Below the pieces are notes generated by a model. It ran no database searches. It saw only the letters and a list, made by a program, of their open reading frames with translations, and was not told the DNA's origin. From the NCBI GenBank assembly GCA_020849275.1, contig JADLGO010000021.1, forward strand, positions 72,324 through 136,323: a stretch of 64,000 nucleotides of DNA, written 5' to 3'. The stretch comes from Chthonomonadales bacterium (GTDB taxonomy: Bacteria > Armatimonadota > Chthonomonadetes > Chthonomonadales > CAJBBX01). This document shows positions 54,619 to 64,000 of the stretch, piece by piece (within the stretch, counting starts at the first letter, position 1; every line of letters starts with the position of its first letter). The position numbers and the translations under genes are program-made.

Positions 54619-55541
54619 GCGCTGCCGGCTCCGCCCGCGCTCTTCGTCTTCTTCCTCGGGGTCGCGCCGACACGGCGGCGCTCGCGCCCCCGGCTCCGGA
54701 AGACGTCGCCCACGCGTGAGGCCACCTGACCGATCGGCGTGCCACCGATGCCGCTCTTGTCGCTGATGTCCAGGAGCTGCATCAGGCGCTCCCGCAGGGT
54801 CTCCTCGCGCAGGCCGCGGATCAGGCGCCCGTCAACGGCGATCGAGACGATGCCGGTCTCCTCGGATACGATGACCACCACCGCGTCGCTCTCCTCCGAC
54901 ATGCCGAGCGCCGCCTTGTGGCGCGTGTGCACGGTCGCGTCGACGCGCGGGCTGGCGGTGAGCGGGAGCGTGCAGCTCGCGGCGACGATCATGCCCTCGC
55001 GGATGATGACGGCGCCGTCGTGGAGGGGCGTTCCCTTGTAGAAAAGGGTGCCGACCAGCGCCGACGTGGGCGTCGCGTTCAGTGGTGTCCCCGTCGCGAT
55101 GATGTCGTCGAGCCCGGTCTGCCTTTCGAACACGATCAGGGCGCCAATGCGCTTCACCGACATCGTGGAGACGGCCACCACCACCGCCTCGATCGTCTCC
55201 GCGGTCTGCTCGGATGCGACCAGGCCGAGGCTGCGTCCCCAGAAGCCCGGCCGACCGAACTCCTCTAGCGCGTGCCGCAACTCCGGCAGGAAGAGGATCA
55301 CGAGGGCGACAGGACCTAGGGGAAAGGCCGAGCGCAGCATCCAGTTCAGGGCGTAGAGGTTGAGCCAGTCCGAGATCGCGACCGCCGCGAAGAACGTCAT
55401 CAGCCCGCCGATGATCTGCCAGGCCCGCGTGCCCTTGGCCAACAGAAGCAGGCGATAGATGAGCCAGGCGATGGCGAGGACATCGATTACGACGCGGAGG
55501 TCGACGTACTTCAGAGCGATTCCGAGGTCAGCCCAGTTCAT
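54612..55541 (-). CDS. cdaA: diadenylate cyclase CdaA (three TM helices plus DAC domain) with a basic C-terminal tail
   Basis: DAC motifs TPLHDGAVIIREGMIVAASCTLPLT and HTRHKAALGMSEESDAVVVIVSEETG. Confidence 0.9.
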   Translation of the reverse strand: MNWADLGIALKYVDLRVVIDVLAIAWLIYRLLLLAKGTRAWQIIGGLMTFFAAVAISDWLNLYALNWMLRSAFPLGPVALVILFLPELRHALEEFGRPGFWGRSLGLVASEQTAETIEAVVVAVSTMSVKRIGALIVFERQTGLDDIIATGTPLNATPTSALVGTLFYKGTPLHDGAVIIREGMIVAASCTLPLTASPRVDATVHTRHKAALGMSEESDAVVVIVSEETGIVSIAVDGRLIRGLREETLRERLMQLLDISDKSGIGGTPIGQVASRVGDVFRSRGRERRRVGATPRKKTKSAGGAGSAC

Positions 55542-55586
55542 GCGTGTTCCCGCTTCGGAGCCGGCTCCCGGTTCGGTGGTACGAAC

Positions 55587-55615
55587 AGTATAACACCGTG
55601 CCGGAGTCGGGTCAA
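55587..55615 (-). promoter_or_regulatory. near-consensus sigma-70 promoter for cdaA (TTGACC-17 nt-TATACT)
   Basis: TTGACC is the reverse complement of 55610-55615 and TATACT is the reverse complement of 55587-55592. It overlaps the stop of the upstream phosphatase gene. Confidence 0.6.
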
Positions 55616-56250
55616 GGACGCGTCGGGCTCGCGCGCTCCTGCGCCCGGAGGTGGCTCGTGTCGTTCAGCAGCGTGACGCGCGGGCAGTGCCCACCGTACT
55701 CCAGCGTGCTCAGGCTCGCATTGCCCAGGTGAAGGCGTCGGACGCTCGCTGGTGGCGCGCCGAGGGCCTCGCACACAAGCACGCGCATGCTGCCGCCGTG
55801 GCCCACCACCACGATGGTCCCGCCGCGCGCCTCGTCGCGGATGGCCTCCAACGCGCGGGTGAGCCGCGCCCACATCACGTCCAGCGGCTCGGAACCCGGC
55901 GGCCGGCCACCCTCCGCGTCACGCCGGTAGGCCGCTAGCCGCTCCCCCTCGCCCCGGGCGACGATGTCGGCCTCGGTTAGCCCCTCCCAGCACCCGAAGT
56001 AGGCCTCGCGCAACGCGGGCGTGACGCGGACTCGCAGGCCGTGCGGTTCCGCGATCCGCTCGGCGGTACGGAGCGCACGCTCCAGATCGCTGGACCAGAT
56101 GCCCGAGAGCGCATCGGCGCGCAGGCGGTCGGCCAGGAGGTCGGCCTGGCGAAGCCCTTCGTCAGATAGCGGGACGTCGGTCTGCCCTTGAAGACGGCCC
56201 ACGGCGTTCCAGACGGTCTGGCCGTGGCGAACTAGATGCACGCGCAGCAC
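55612..56250 (-). CDS. histidine phosphatase (phosphoglycerate mutase-like) family protein
   Basis: RHG motif in LVRHGQTVWN. Also contains EGLRQA and VVVGHGGSMRV (the second catalytic His). Confidence 0.85.
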   Translation of the reverse strand: MLRVHLVRHGQTVWNAVGRLQGQTDVPLSDEGLRQADLLADRLRADALSGIWSSDLERALRTAERIAEPHGLRVRVTPALREAYFGCWEGLTEADIVARGEGERLAAYRRDAEGGRPPGSEPLDVMWARLTRALEAIRDEARGGTIVVVGHGGSMRVLVCEALGAPPASVRRLHLGNASLSTLEYGGHCPRVTLLNDTSHLRAQERASPTRP

Positions 56251-56284
56251 GCGTTACCCCTCCCGCGCGGCCGGCGCCGCGCCG

Positions 56285-57361
56285 CTAGACATCCCCAGGA
56301 CGGATCGTACCGACCTCGCTGCCACTGGTCTGTACGCGCAGGGTGCCGAAGTGAAGAAGGCGGATCGCGCCGACGGCGCGGACCGGCGTGAGGATCCCCA
56401 CCTGCCGCCGGCGGAAGTCCATTGCCTCAAGGAGCCCGATGCCGTGCAGGCGGCCGTCGCCGCCCTCCAGACCCACGACCAGGTGCCGGAGCCACCCGGC
56501 GACCGTGATCGTCAGCGCCTGCGCGCGGAACTGCTCGCGAACGGCGTCGAGAAGTCGCTCGTCATCCGGCGCGCGATCCACCACGATGCCCAGGTGGCGA
56601 TCGCCGAGCTCGGCGTGGTGCACGTGCACGCGGAGCGAGGCCGATAGGAACCGGAGCACCTGTGGCTCGACAGCCGCGAAGGCCGTCAGCCAGGTGCCCC
56701 GCATCGCCACGTCCTCGAAGTTGATCGTGCGCAGGTCGGCCCCCTCGAAGTAACGCGCGATGCGGCCCGCCCGGCGGGCCGCGCGCAATCCGGGTGGCTT
56801 GGTGGCGACGGCCGCGGCCACCGGCAGGCGCATCACCCGCGTGCGCTCCGAGCGCCGCAGGCCAGCAAGGACGGCCTCGCACTCGTCGTGGCGCTGCAGG
56901 GCGACCACGTGGTCGGGCGCCAGGGAACTGAGCTTGGCGTGCTTGAGTCGGCGAGCCGCGGGCCCTCGCACGAAGCCGGTTGTATCGACGAGGACCAGGC
57001 CGGGCCCCAGGGCGCGCGCGGCATCCGTCATGCCGCGCACGGCGGTTACGTGCTCCACCATCGCGCCGCGCGGCGATGTGGCGCCAACGAACGCGAGCCG
57101 CGCCGCCGGCACGTCAGCCAGGCGGCTCACCGGCGCGCTGGCGAAGCCCATCCCCACGCACGTCGGAGGGCCGATCTCCGACTGACCGATGTCGGCATCG
57201 ACGATCGCGACGCGCCGCTCGGCGGCGCATGCCGCATTGAGAAGGAGCGTGGCGAACGTCGTCTTGCCGGCGTCGGGGGCGCCCAGCAAGACGGCCGTGC
57301 CGGCCGACGCCGCAAGGTCGGCGATCGCCCCGGTCCACTCGGGGTAGTCGTCGAGGTCCAT
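56285..57361 (-). CDS. Clp1/Grc3/Nol9-type P-loop polynucleotide 5'-kinase homologue
   Basis: ORF trimmed to ATG 57361. LLGAPDAGKTTFATLLLNAA...VAIVDADIGQSEIGPP reproduces the Clp1 Walker A (GPxDxGKS/T) plus DxDxGQ pattern. An extra C-terminal domain is present. Confidence 0.7.
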   Translation of the reverse strand: MDLDDYPEWTGAIADLAASAGTAVLLGAPDAGKTTFATLLLNAACAAERRVAIVDADIGQSEIGPPTCVGMGFASAPVSRLADVPAARLAFVGATSPRGAMVEHVTAVRGMTDAARALGPGLVLVDTTGFVRGPAARRLKHAKLSSLAPDHVVALQRHDECEAVLAGLRRSERTRVMRLPVAAAVATKPPGLRAARRAGRIARYFEGADLRTINFEDVAMRGTWLTAFAAVEPQVLRFLSASLRVHVHHAELGDRHLGIVVDRAPDDERLLDAVREQFRAQALTITVAGWLRHLVVGLEGGDGRLHGIGLLEAMDFRRRQVGILTPVRAVGAIRLLHFGTLRVQTSGSEVGTIRPGDV

Positions 57362-57366
57362 GTCAT

Positions 57367-57395
57367 TTGACGGGTGGGGCGGTAGCGTGTATGAT
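57367..57395 (+). promoter_or_regulatory. near-consensus sigma-70 promoter (TTGACG-17 nt-TATGAT) for the 169-aa anchored protein
   Basis: TTGACG at 57367-57372 and TATGAT at 57390-57395. The -35 lies only 6 nt from the divergent Clp1-like start codon. Confidence 0.6.
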
Positions 57396-57490
57396 GTCGG
57401 CGGCCAGGGCCGAGTGGGCGGCCGCGTCTCCGCCATACGGCGGGCGCGCCGCTCGGCGTCCCGCGCACACCGGCCCCAAGGGAGCGTCCG

Positions 57491-58000
57491 ATGCGTCGGT
57501 CATCCAAGATCGCACTTGCGCTGGCCCTCGGTCTTCTGGTCGCTCTTGGGTTCCTGTACGTGCGCTCGCTCGACACCGACGCCCCGCCGCTCACGCCGCG
57601 GGTCGCCTCCCAACTGCTCGAGCGCGGCGAGCGCGCGTTCGAGCGCCGCAGCGTGGAGGGTATCATGGAGCTAGTGGCGCCGAAGGCCCGCCTGTTCGGG
57701 CGCAACCCGGACCAACTCCGGCTGATGCTCGCCCGCGCGTTTCAGGAGATGGGGCCCAACCGCATCACCGCGGAGCGGCGCGATCTGATCGTCGAGCCGA
57801 CGGGCGACACGGGCACCGCGTCCTTCGACGTTCGGATCGGGGAGCGCGGCGGCCGCGCCGACGTGCTCTATTACGACCTGCACGTGTCGCTTGACCTCGT
57901 CAAGGTGCGCGTGCCCCACTGGCTAGGCCTCTATACGACGGAGGAGTGGAAGGTGTCGCGCGCGGAGAGCATCGGCGGGCTAGACCTGCCAGATCTGTGA
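57491..58000 (+). CDS. membrane-anchored hypothetical protein (possible NTF2/SnoaL-like fold)
   Basis: AAGGGAG SD. N-terminal TM helix IALALALGLLVALGFLYV. No family motif recognised. Confidence 0.5.
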   Translation: MRRSSKIALALALGLLVALGFLYVRSLDTDAPPLTPRVASQLLERGERAFERRSVEGIMELVAPKARLFGRNPDQLRLMLARAFQEMGPNRITAERRDLIVEPTGDTGTASFDVRIGERGGRADVLYYDLHVSLDLVKVRVPHWLGLYTTEEWKVSRAESIGGLDLPDL

Positions 58001-58021
58001 CGCGCTGCCTTCGTCGAAAGC

Positions 58022-58843
58022 ATGATCGACGGTTTCCTCGCGGCCGACTACCAGGTCCACACGCGGCTGTCGCACGACGGCCGCTGCACCATCATCGAGC
58101 AGTGCGAGCGCGCCGTCACCCTCGGCCTCGAAGAGATCGGCTTCTCCGAGCACAAGGACTTCGATCCAGCGGACCCGGTCGTCGACTACTTCGACTACGA
58201 CCGCTACGCCGCCGAGATCGCCGAAGCGCGTACGCGCTACGCCGGCCGCCTCACGATCCGCATGGGCGTCGAGGTTGACTATCAGCGCTGGTTCGAGGAC
58301 CGGATCGCGGCCTACCTCTCCAACCATCGGTTCGATTACGTGATCGGCTCCGTGCACTACGCGGGCGGCGCCATGCTGATGACGCCCGAGTACACCGTCG
58401 GGCGGGACGCGGAGACGGCGTACCGGGTCTACTACGAGGCCGTGCGCGACTCGGTTGACAGCGGGTTGATCGACATCCTGGGGCATCTGGAGTACGCCAA
58501 CCGGCGTGGCGTGCCGGCCTATGGGGCCTTCGATCCGGCCCCGTACCGCGCGATCGTCTCGGACCTGTTCGCGCGGATGGCGGCGCGCGGCGTCGCACTC
58601 GAGATCAACACCGCAGGGCTCCGACAGGGCGCCGGCAGCTTCTACCCGTGCGTTGAGCACGTTGCCCTGTACTCGGCGAGCGGTGGCCGCCTCCTCACGC
58701 TCGGCTCCGATAGCCATCACCCCGACGATCTGGCCGCCGACTACGCGGTCGCGGCGCGCGCGGCCTGGGACCACGGCCTGCGCGAGATCGCCGTCTACGA
58801 GGACCGGACGCCGCGGGCCGTTCCTCTTCGCCCCGCCGGCTGA
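58022..58843 (+). CDS. histidinol-phosphatase, HisJ/PHP family
   Basis: PHP metal ligands in DYQVHTRLSHDG, FSEHKD, GSVHY, LGHLEY and GSDSHHPDDL. Confidence 0.85.
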   Translation: MIDGFLAADYQVHTRLSHDGRCTIIEQCERAVTLGLEEIGFSEHKDFDPADPVVDYFDYDRYAAEIAEARTRYAGRLTIRMGVEVDYQRWFEDRIAAYLSNHRFDYVIGSVHYAGGAMLMTPEYTVGRDAETAYRVYYEAVRDSVDSGLIDILGHLEYANRRGVPAYGAFDPAPYRAIVSDLFARMAARGVALEINTAGLRQGAGSFYPCVEHVALYSASGGRLLTLGSDSHHPDDLAADYAVAARAAWDHGLREIAVYEDRTPRAVPLRPAG

Positions 58844-58853
58844 GGGACGCGTC

Positions 58854-60005
58854 CTACGGCGCGGGCACGGAGGCCGGCCGTCGTCCAAGCGTGACAGCCA
58901 CATCCTCCTGCGCCCCGTTGCCGCGCAGCATCCGGAGCACGACGCGCTCGCCCGCCCTGTGGCGCAGGATGGCGTCCCGCACGTCGGTCGGGTCCATCAC
59001 CAGGGCGCCGTCCACGGCGAGCACCACGTCGCCGCGGTGCAGGCCGGCATCCGCGGCGCCAGTCAGCGGCATGACCTCGGTGATGACGACACCCCGACCC
59101 GTCGGCACACGCAGGAGGCTGGCCGTCTCCGGTGTCAGAGGCTCGTAGGTGATGCCTGCGAACGCGACGGAAGGCATGGCGGGCCGCGATCTGCCACTCT
59201 CCAGCAGGTCACGCAGGATGCCGCGCGCGGCGTTAATCGGGATCGCGAAGCCGATGCCGATGTTGCCGCCACCCTCGGAGGCGATGGCCGTGTTGATGCC
59301 GATCAGCTCGCCGCGCGAGTTAGCCAGTGCCCCGCCCGAGTTGCCGCGGTTGATCGGCGCGTCCGTCTGCAGCGCGCTGTGGAGCACGCGCCCGCCGCCG
59401 ACGGGAAGGTCGCGGCGGTGCGTGGCGGAGATGATGCCGTGCGTCACGGTGACGCCGATACCGAGGGGATTCCCGATCGCGATCACGGTCTCGCCCACGC
59501 GCAGCAGGTCGGAGTCACCCATCTCGGCCACGGGAAGCCCTCCCGCGTCCACCTTCACGATAGCCAGGTCGGACTCGGCATCGGCTCCCACCACGGTGCC
59601 GTCGTAGGCCGTGCCGCCGGCGGTGGTGACGCGGATGATCTCGGCGCCCTCGACGACGTGGTTGTTGGTGACGATGAACCCGTCGCGGCTGAGGATGACG
59701 CCTGAGCCCTTGCCCTGGCGCGTGAGCGAGCGGGCGACGGGGCGGCCCATCATGTCCAGGCCCGCGCCCCTGCGCTCCTCCAGCGTGTCGATGTTCACGA
59801 CGGCCGGCCGGATGCGCGCGGCGGCCAGGACGACGGCGCTCTCATCGGCCGCTGCGCGCCGCGGCGCGCGCTCCAGCAGGCGGATCAGGCCTCGGCGCGC
59901 GCCGTCGGCGGAGACCTGCCGAAACTGCCCGTACACCCGAAGCATGGCGATGCCGAGGACGGCGCCCAGGCCGAACACGGCCACGTATGTCATGCCTCTG
60001 CGCAT
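58854..60005 (-). CDS. HtrA/DegP-family serine protease (trypsin-like domain plus PDZ)
   Basis: ORF trimmed to ATG 60005 (alternative 59993). TM anchor, catalytic contexts TNNHVV / DLAIVKV / GNSGGAL, and a C-terminal PDZ domain. Confidence 0.9.
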   Translation of the reverse strand: MRRGMTYVAVFGLGAVLGIAMLRVYGQFRQVSADGARRGLIRLLERAPRRAAADESAVVLAAARIRPAVVNIDTLEERRGAGLDMMGRPVARSLTRQGKGSGVILSRDGFIVTNNHVVEGAEIIRVTTAGGTAYDGTVVGADAESDLAIVKVDAGGLPVAEMGDSDLLRVGETVIAIGNPLGIGVTVTHGIISATHRRDLPVGGGRVLHSALQTDAPINRGNSGGALANSRGELIGINTAIASEGGGNIGIGFAIPINAARGILRDLLESGRSRPAMPSVAFAGITYEPLTPETASLLRVPTGRGVVITEVMPLTGAADAGLHRGDVVLAVDGALVMDPTDVRDAILRHRAGERVVLRMLRGNGAQEDVAVTLGRRPASVPAP

Positions 60006-60031
60006 CGTGGTTTCCGTTCCTCGATACCGGC

Positions 60032-60499
60032 CTACCGGAGCTGGCGCGTCAGGTTGGCCATCTCGATGGCGGCGGTGGCGGCCTCCGCGCCCTTGTTGCC
60101 GGCCTTGCTGCCGGCCCGCTCGATCGCCTGCTCGATGCTCTCCACCGTGATGATGCCGTAGGTGACCGGCACGCCGGTCTGGAGGCCGATCTGCGCGATG
60201 CCCCGGGTCACCTCGGCGGCAAGGTACTCGAAGTGCGGCGTGGCGCCGCGGATCAGGCATCCCACGCACGCCACGGCATCGAAGCGACCGCTCGCGGCCA
60301 TCTGCTGGGCGGCCAGGGGGATCTCCCAGGTTCCCGGCACGCGGGCGACCGCGATCGCCTCGTCCGCGGCGCCGTGGCGCACGAGCGCGTCCAGTGCGCC
60401 CGCGAGCATGCGCTCCGTGATGAACGAGTTCCAGCGGCTCACGACCAGCCCGAACCGCAGCCCCTCGGCCAGCAGCTTCCCTTCGTAGTAGGTCGGCAC
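60032..60499 (-). CDS. ribH: 6,7-dimethyl-8-ribityllumazine synthase
   Basis: GTG 60499 lies after [29 protein letters not shown]...VPGTWEIP...[14 protein letters not shown] are canonical RibH blocks. Confidence 0.95.
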   Translation of the reverse strand: MPTYYEGKLLAEGLRFGLVVSRWNSFITERMLAGALDALVRHGAADEAIAVARVPGTWEIPLAAQQMAASGRFDAVACVGCLIRGATPHFEYLAAEVTRGIAQIGLQTGVPVTYGIITVESIEQAIERAGSKAGNKGAEAATAAIEMANLTRQLR

Positions 60500-60525
60500 G
60501 GCGCTTCCTCCCTGTCGGCGCGGGC

Positions 60526-61766
<1,241 letters not shown>

Positions 61767-61770
<4 letters not shown>

Positions 61771-62429
61771 TGAGGCCCCGCTCCCAGCTCATCGAGGAAG
61801 CCCGCGCGCGCCAAGCCGGCGCGCGTGACATCCCCCGCGCCGCGCCCCACCAGGAGGCGCTCAACGTACTTGGCGAGAAGGTCGACCTCCAGGTTCACTC
61901 GGTCGCCCACGTGCCTGGCATGAAGGTTCGTGTTGGCGAAGGTGTGGGGGATGACCCACACCCGGAACCCGCGGTCGTCGAGGCCGGCGACGGTGAGGCT
62001 GATCCCGTCAACGGCGATGGATCCCTTCTCCACGACGTAGCGGAGCACGCCGGGCGAAGCAGCGATGCCGAACACGTGCGCGCGGCCTTCCGAGCGCATC
62101 GCGGCTACGTGGCCGGTGTCGTCGACGTGTCCCTGCACGAAGTGGCCGCCCAGCCTGCCGCCGGCGGCGAGGGCGCGCTCCAGGTTGACGGGCTCCCCGC
62201 GCCGCAGATCGCCCAGGCCGCTGCGGGACAGCGTTTCCGTGACGGCATCGAAGTCCAGGCAGACCCCGTCGCTCGCGATCGCGGTCAGGCAGACGCCGCT
62301 GACTGCGATGCTGTCGCCGGGCGACACGTCGTGCGCGATGCCTGGCGCCCGCACGCTCACGCGCGCGGACGCGCCGGCGCGGCGCAGGCCCTCAAGCACC
62401 CCCACTTCCTCGATGAGGCCGGTGAACAT
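61767..62429 (-). CDS. ribE: riboflavin synthase
   Basis: MFTGLIEEVG N-terminus with duplicated lumazine-binding repeats (GDSIAVSGVCLT / GSIAVDGISLT). Confidence 0.9.
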
Positions 62430-62630
62430 CGGTGATTCCCGCCGTCGCCTCGCCCGCGCAGGGCGCGCTCAACCCCACCGGCGCGACGCGCGGCCGCTCC
62501 GCCCGTATTGTACCTGATGGCCGGACGCCGGGCTCGGGCTGCGTTGCGTCTCTCGCCATGCAGGAGTGAGCGGCCGCGAGCCGGAATGTCGGGATGGCCG
62601 GGCTGCCCCGCCGCCCATGGGAAGCACGCA

Positions 62631-63980
62631 ATGGCACTCCGGAGAGCGCAGGGCCTCGTCGGCCTGATCATCGTTGTCGCCGCGGCCTGGTGGGCCGAGG
62701 CGATCGTCCGCCCCCGCGCGGCCGACGACCGGATCCACGTGACGTATTGGGAGAAGTGGACCGGCTTTGAGGCCGACGCGATGCGCGCAACGGTGGACGC
62801 TTTCAACGCGTCGCAGCCGAGCATCAACGTCGATCTGCTGACCGTCAGCGGAATCCAGAACAAGACGCTCCTCGCCGTCGCCGGCGGCAATCCGCCGGAC
62901 GTGGCCGGGCTCTTCGGACCCAACGTGGCGCAGTATGCCGACGACAACGCCGTGCTACCGCTGGATAACTACTGCCGTCGCGCGCGCCTCACGCGCGACC
63001 TCTACGTCCCGGTCTACTGGGACATCGGCGCCTATCGTGGGCACCAGTACGCGCTGCCGTCCGTGCCGGCCTCCACGGCGCTGCACTACAACCGCGCCAT
63101 GCGCGCCCGCGCCGGCCTGGACCCCGACCGCCCGCCGCGCACGATCGAGGATCTCGACGCGGACGCGGCGACGATGACGCGCACCGATTCCCACGGGAAG
63201 ATCGTTGTGTCCGGCTTCCTGCCGTCCGAGCCCGGATGGTGGAACTGGGGCTGGGGCTACGTCTTCGGCGGGCAACTCTGGGACGGCGGCGCGCGCATCA
63301 CGGCCAACTCACCGGAGAACGTGCGCGCGTTCACCTGGGTGCAGTCATACTCAAAGCGCTACGGGGGAACGAACCTCCAGTCGTTCAAGAGCGGACTGGG
63401 CAACTTCTCGTCGCCGCAGAACGGGTTCCTGGACGGCAGGGTCGGCATGGTGCTTCAGGGGGTATGGATGTACAATTTCATCTCGAAGTACGCGCCAGAG
63501 ATGGAGACTCCCGTACGCCAGTGGGGCGCGGCGCCGTTCCCGCACCCGGCGGACAGGCCGGACCTCGCCGGGGTGACCTTCGCCGACGAGGACGTTCTGG
63601 TGATCCCGCGGGGCGCCCGCCATCCGGACGAGGCGTTCGAGTTCATCCGATTCGTGCAGTCGCGGCGAGGCATGGAGCTGCTCTGCATGGGGCAGCGCAA
63701 GCACAGCCCGCTCCGCCGCGTCAGTCCGGGCTTCTACCGGCGCCACCCGAACCCGTTCATCCGGCTCTTTGCGGAGCTGCCGACCGGCCCCAACACCGTC
63801 ACTCCGCCGAAGCTTGGCATCTGGCCCGAGTACCAGGACGCGCTCACCAACGCGTTCGACGAGATCACGCTGGAGCGAAAGACGCCGAGGCAGGCGCTCG
63901 ATGCTGTGCAGGCGCGCATGCAGCCGAAGCTCGACGAGTACCTGCGGACCCGGCGCCTGCGCGCGGAGGCCGGTCGGTGA
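62631..63980 (+). CDS. ABC transporter extracellular solute-binding protein (family 1, sugar type)
   Basis: ORF trimmed to ATG 62631 (signal/anchor LVGLIIVVAAAWW). Contains ITYWEKWTGFE, NASQPSINVDLLTVSG and a family 1 SBP-like periphery. Any permeases would lie beyond the window end. Confidence 0.85.
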   Translation: MALRRAQGLVGLIIVVAAAWWAEAIVRPRAADDRIHVTYWEKWTGFEADAMRATVDAFNASQPSINVDLLTVSGIQNKTLLAVAGGNPPDVAGLFGPNVAQYADDNAVLPLDNYCRRARLTRDLYVPVYWDIGAYRGHQYALPSVPASTALHYNRAMRARAGLDPDRPPRTIEDLDADAATMTRTDSHGKIVVSGFLPSEPGWWNWGWGYVFGGQLWDGGARITANSPENVRAFTWVQSYSKRYGGTNLQSFKSGLGNFSSPQNGFLDGRVGMVLQGVWMYNFISKYAPEMETPVRQWGAAPFPHPADRPDLAGVTFADEDVLVIPRGARHPDEAFEFIRFVQSRRGMELLCMGQRKHSPLRRVSPGFYRRHPNPFIRLFAELPTGPNTVTPPKLGIWPEYQDALTNAFDEITLERKTPRQALDAVQARMQPKLDEYLRTRRLRAEAGR

Positions 63981-64000
63981 GGCCGCCGCGCCGCGAGGCG

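Noticed and set aside
62430-62630. Possible FMN (RFN) riboswitch upstream of ribE. The plus strand contains CCCCACCGGCG and GAGCCGGAATGTCGGGATGG, which resemble RFN core pieces.
   Set aside because: The resemblance is on the wrong strand for the rib operon. The P2-type GGGG...CCCC hairpin is missing, and the pieces are not in a consistent helical framework. In such GC-rich sequence this is likely coincidental. A covariance-model search is needed to be sure.

Overview
Very GC-rich, densely coding bacterial chromosomal window with about 65 supported CDS. I saw no rRNA, tRNA, CRISPR array, transposase or integrase. Most of it is housekeeping: tkt, zwf, atpG and (separately) atpD-atpC, nusB-folD, thrC, thrS, ribE-ribBA-ribH, cdaA-cdaR, an RpoD-like sigma factor, peroxiredoxin, ferredoxin, plsC, HtrA, TatD, a Wzm/Wzt-type exporter, and sugar ABC parts. 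The dominant accessory block is a 13-kb, 11-gene minus-strand operon (18652-31724). It encodes a complete type II secretion / type IV pilus-like machine in the order E-F-G-H-I-J-K-(PilM-PilN fusion)-(PilO/GspM-like)-(PilP/GspC-like)-secretin. Most of its gene junctions overlap, and three components carry low-complexity tandem-repeat tails. Because the DNA is so GC-rich, AT-rich near-consensus sigma-70 promoters (TTGACx-N17/18-TAtAAT) stand out by eye, and I mapped eight of them. One drives a roughly 280-nt thrS leader with mutually exclusive GC helices and a canonical intrinsic terminator, which could be T-box-like or a new attenuator. Another drives a roughly 245-nt unexplained leader or ncRNA ahead of a TPR-YfhO operon. 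Other items worth follow-up:
- a eukaryal/archaeal-type Clp1/Grc3 polynucleotide kinase paired with a histidine phosphatase
- a PAS-DHp-REC protein with no ATPase domain, in an operon with a lipoprotein and a DUF4177 protein
- a strongly signalled 63-aa ORF in front of a membrane-anchored subtilase
- a NusB with a large internal insertion
- a scattered atp gene layout
All family calls come from reading motifs in the supplied translations. No database search or computation was run.
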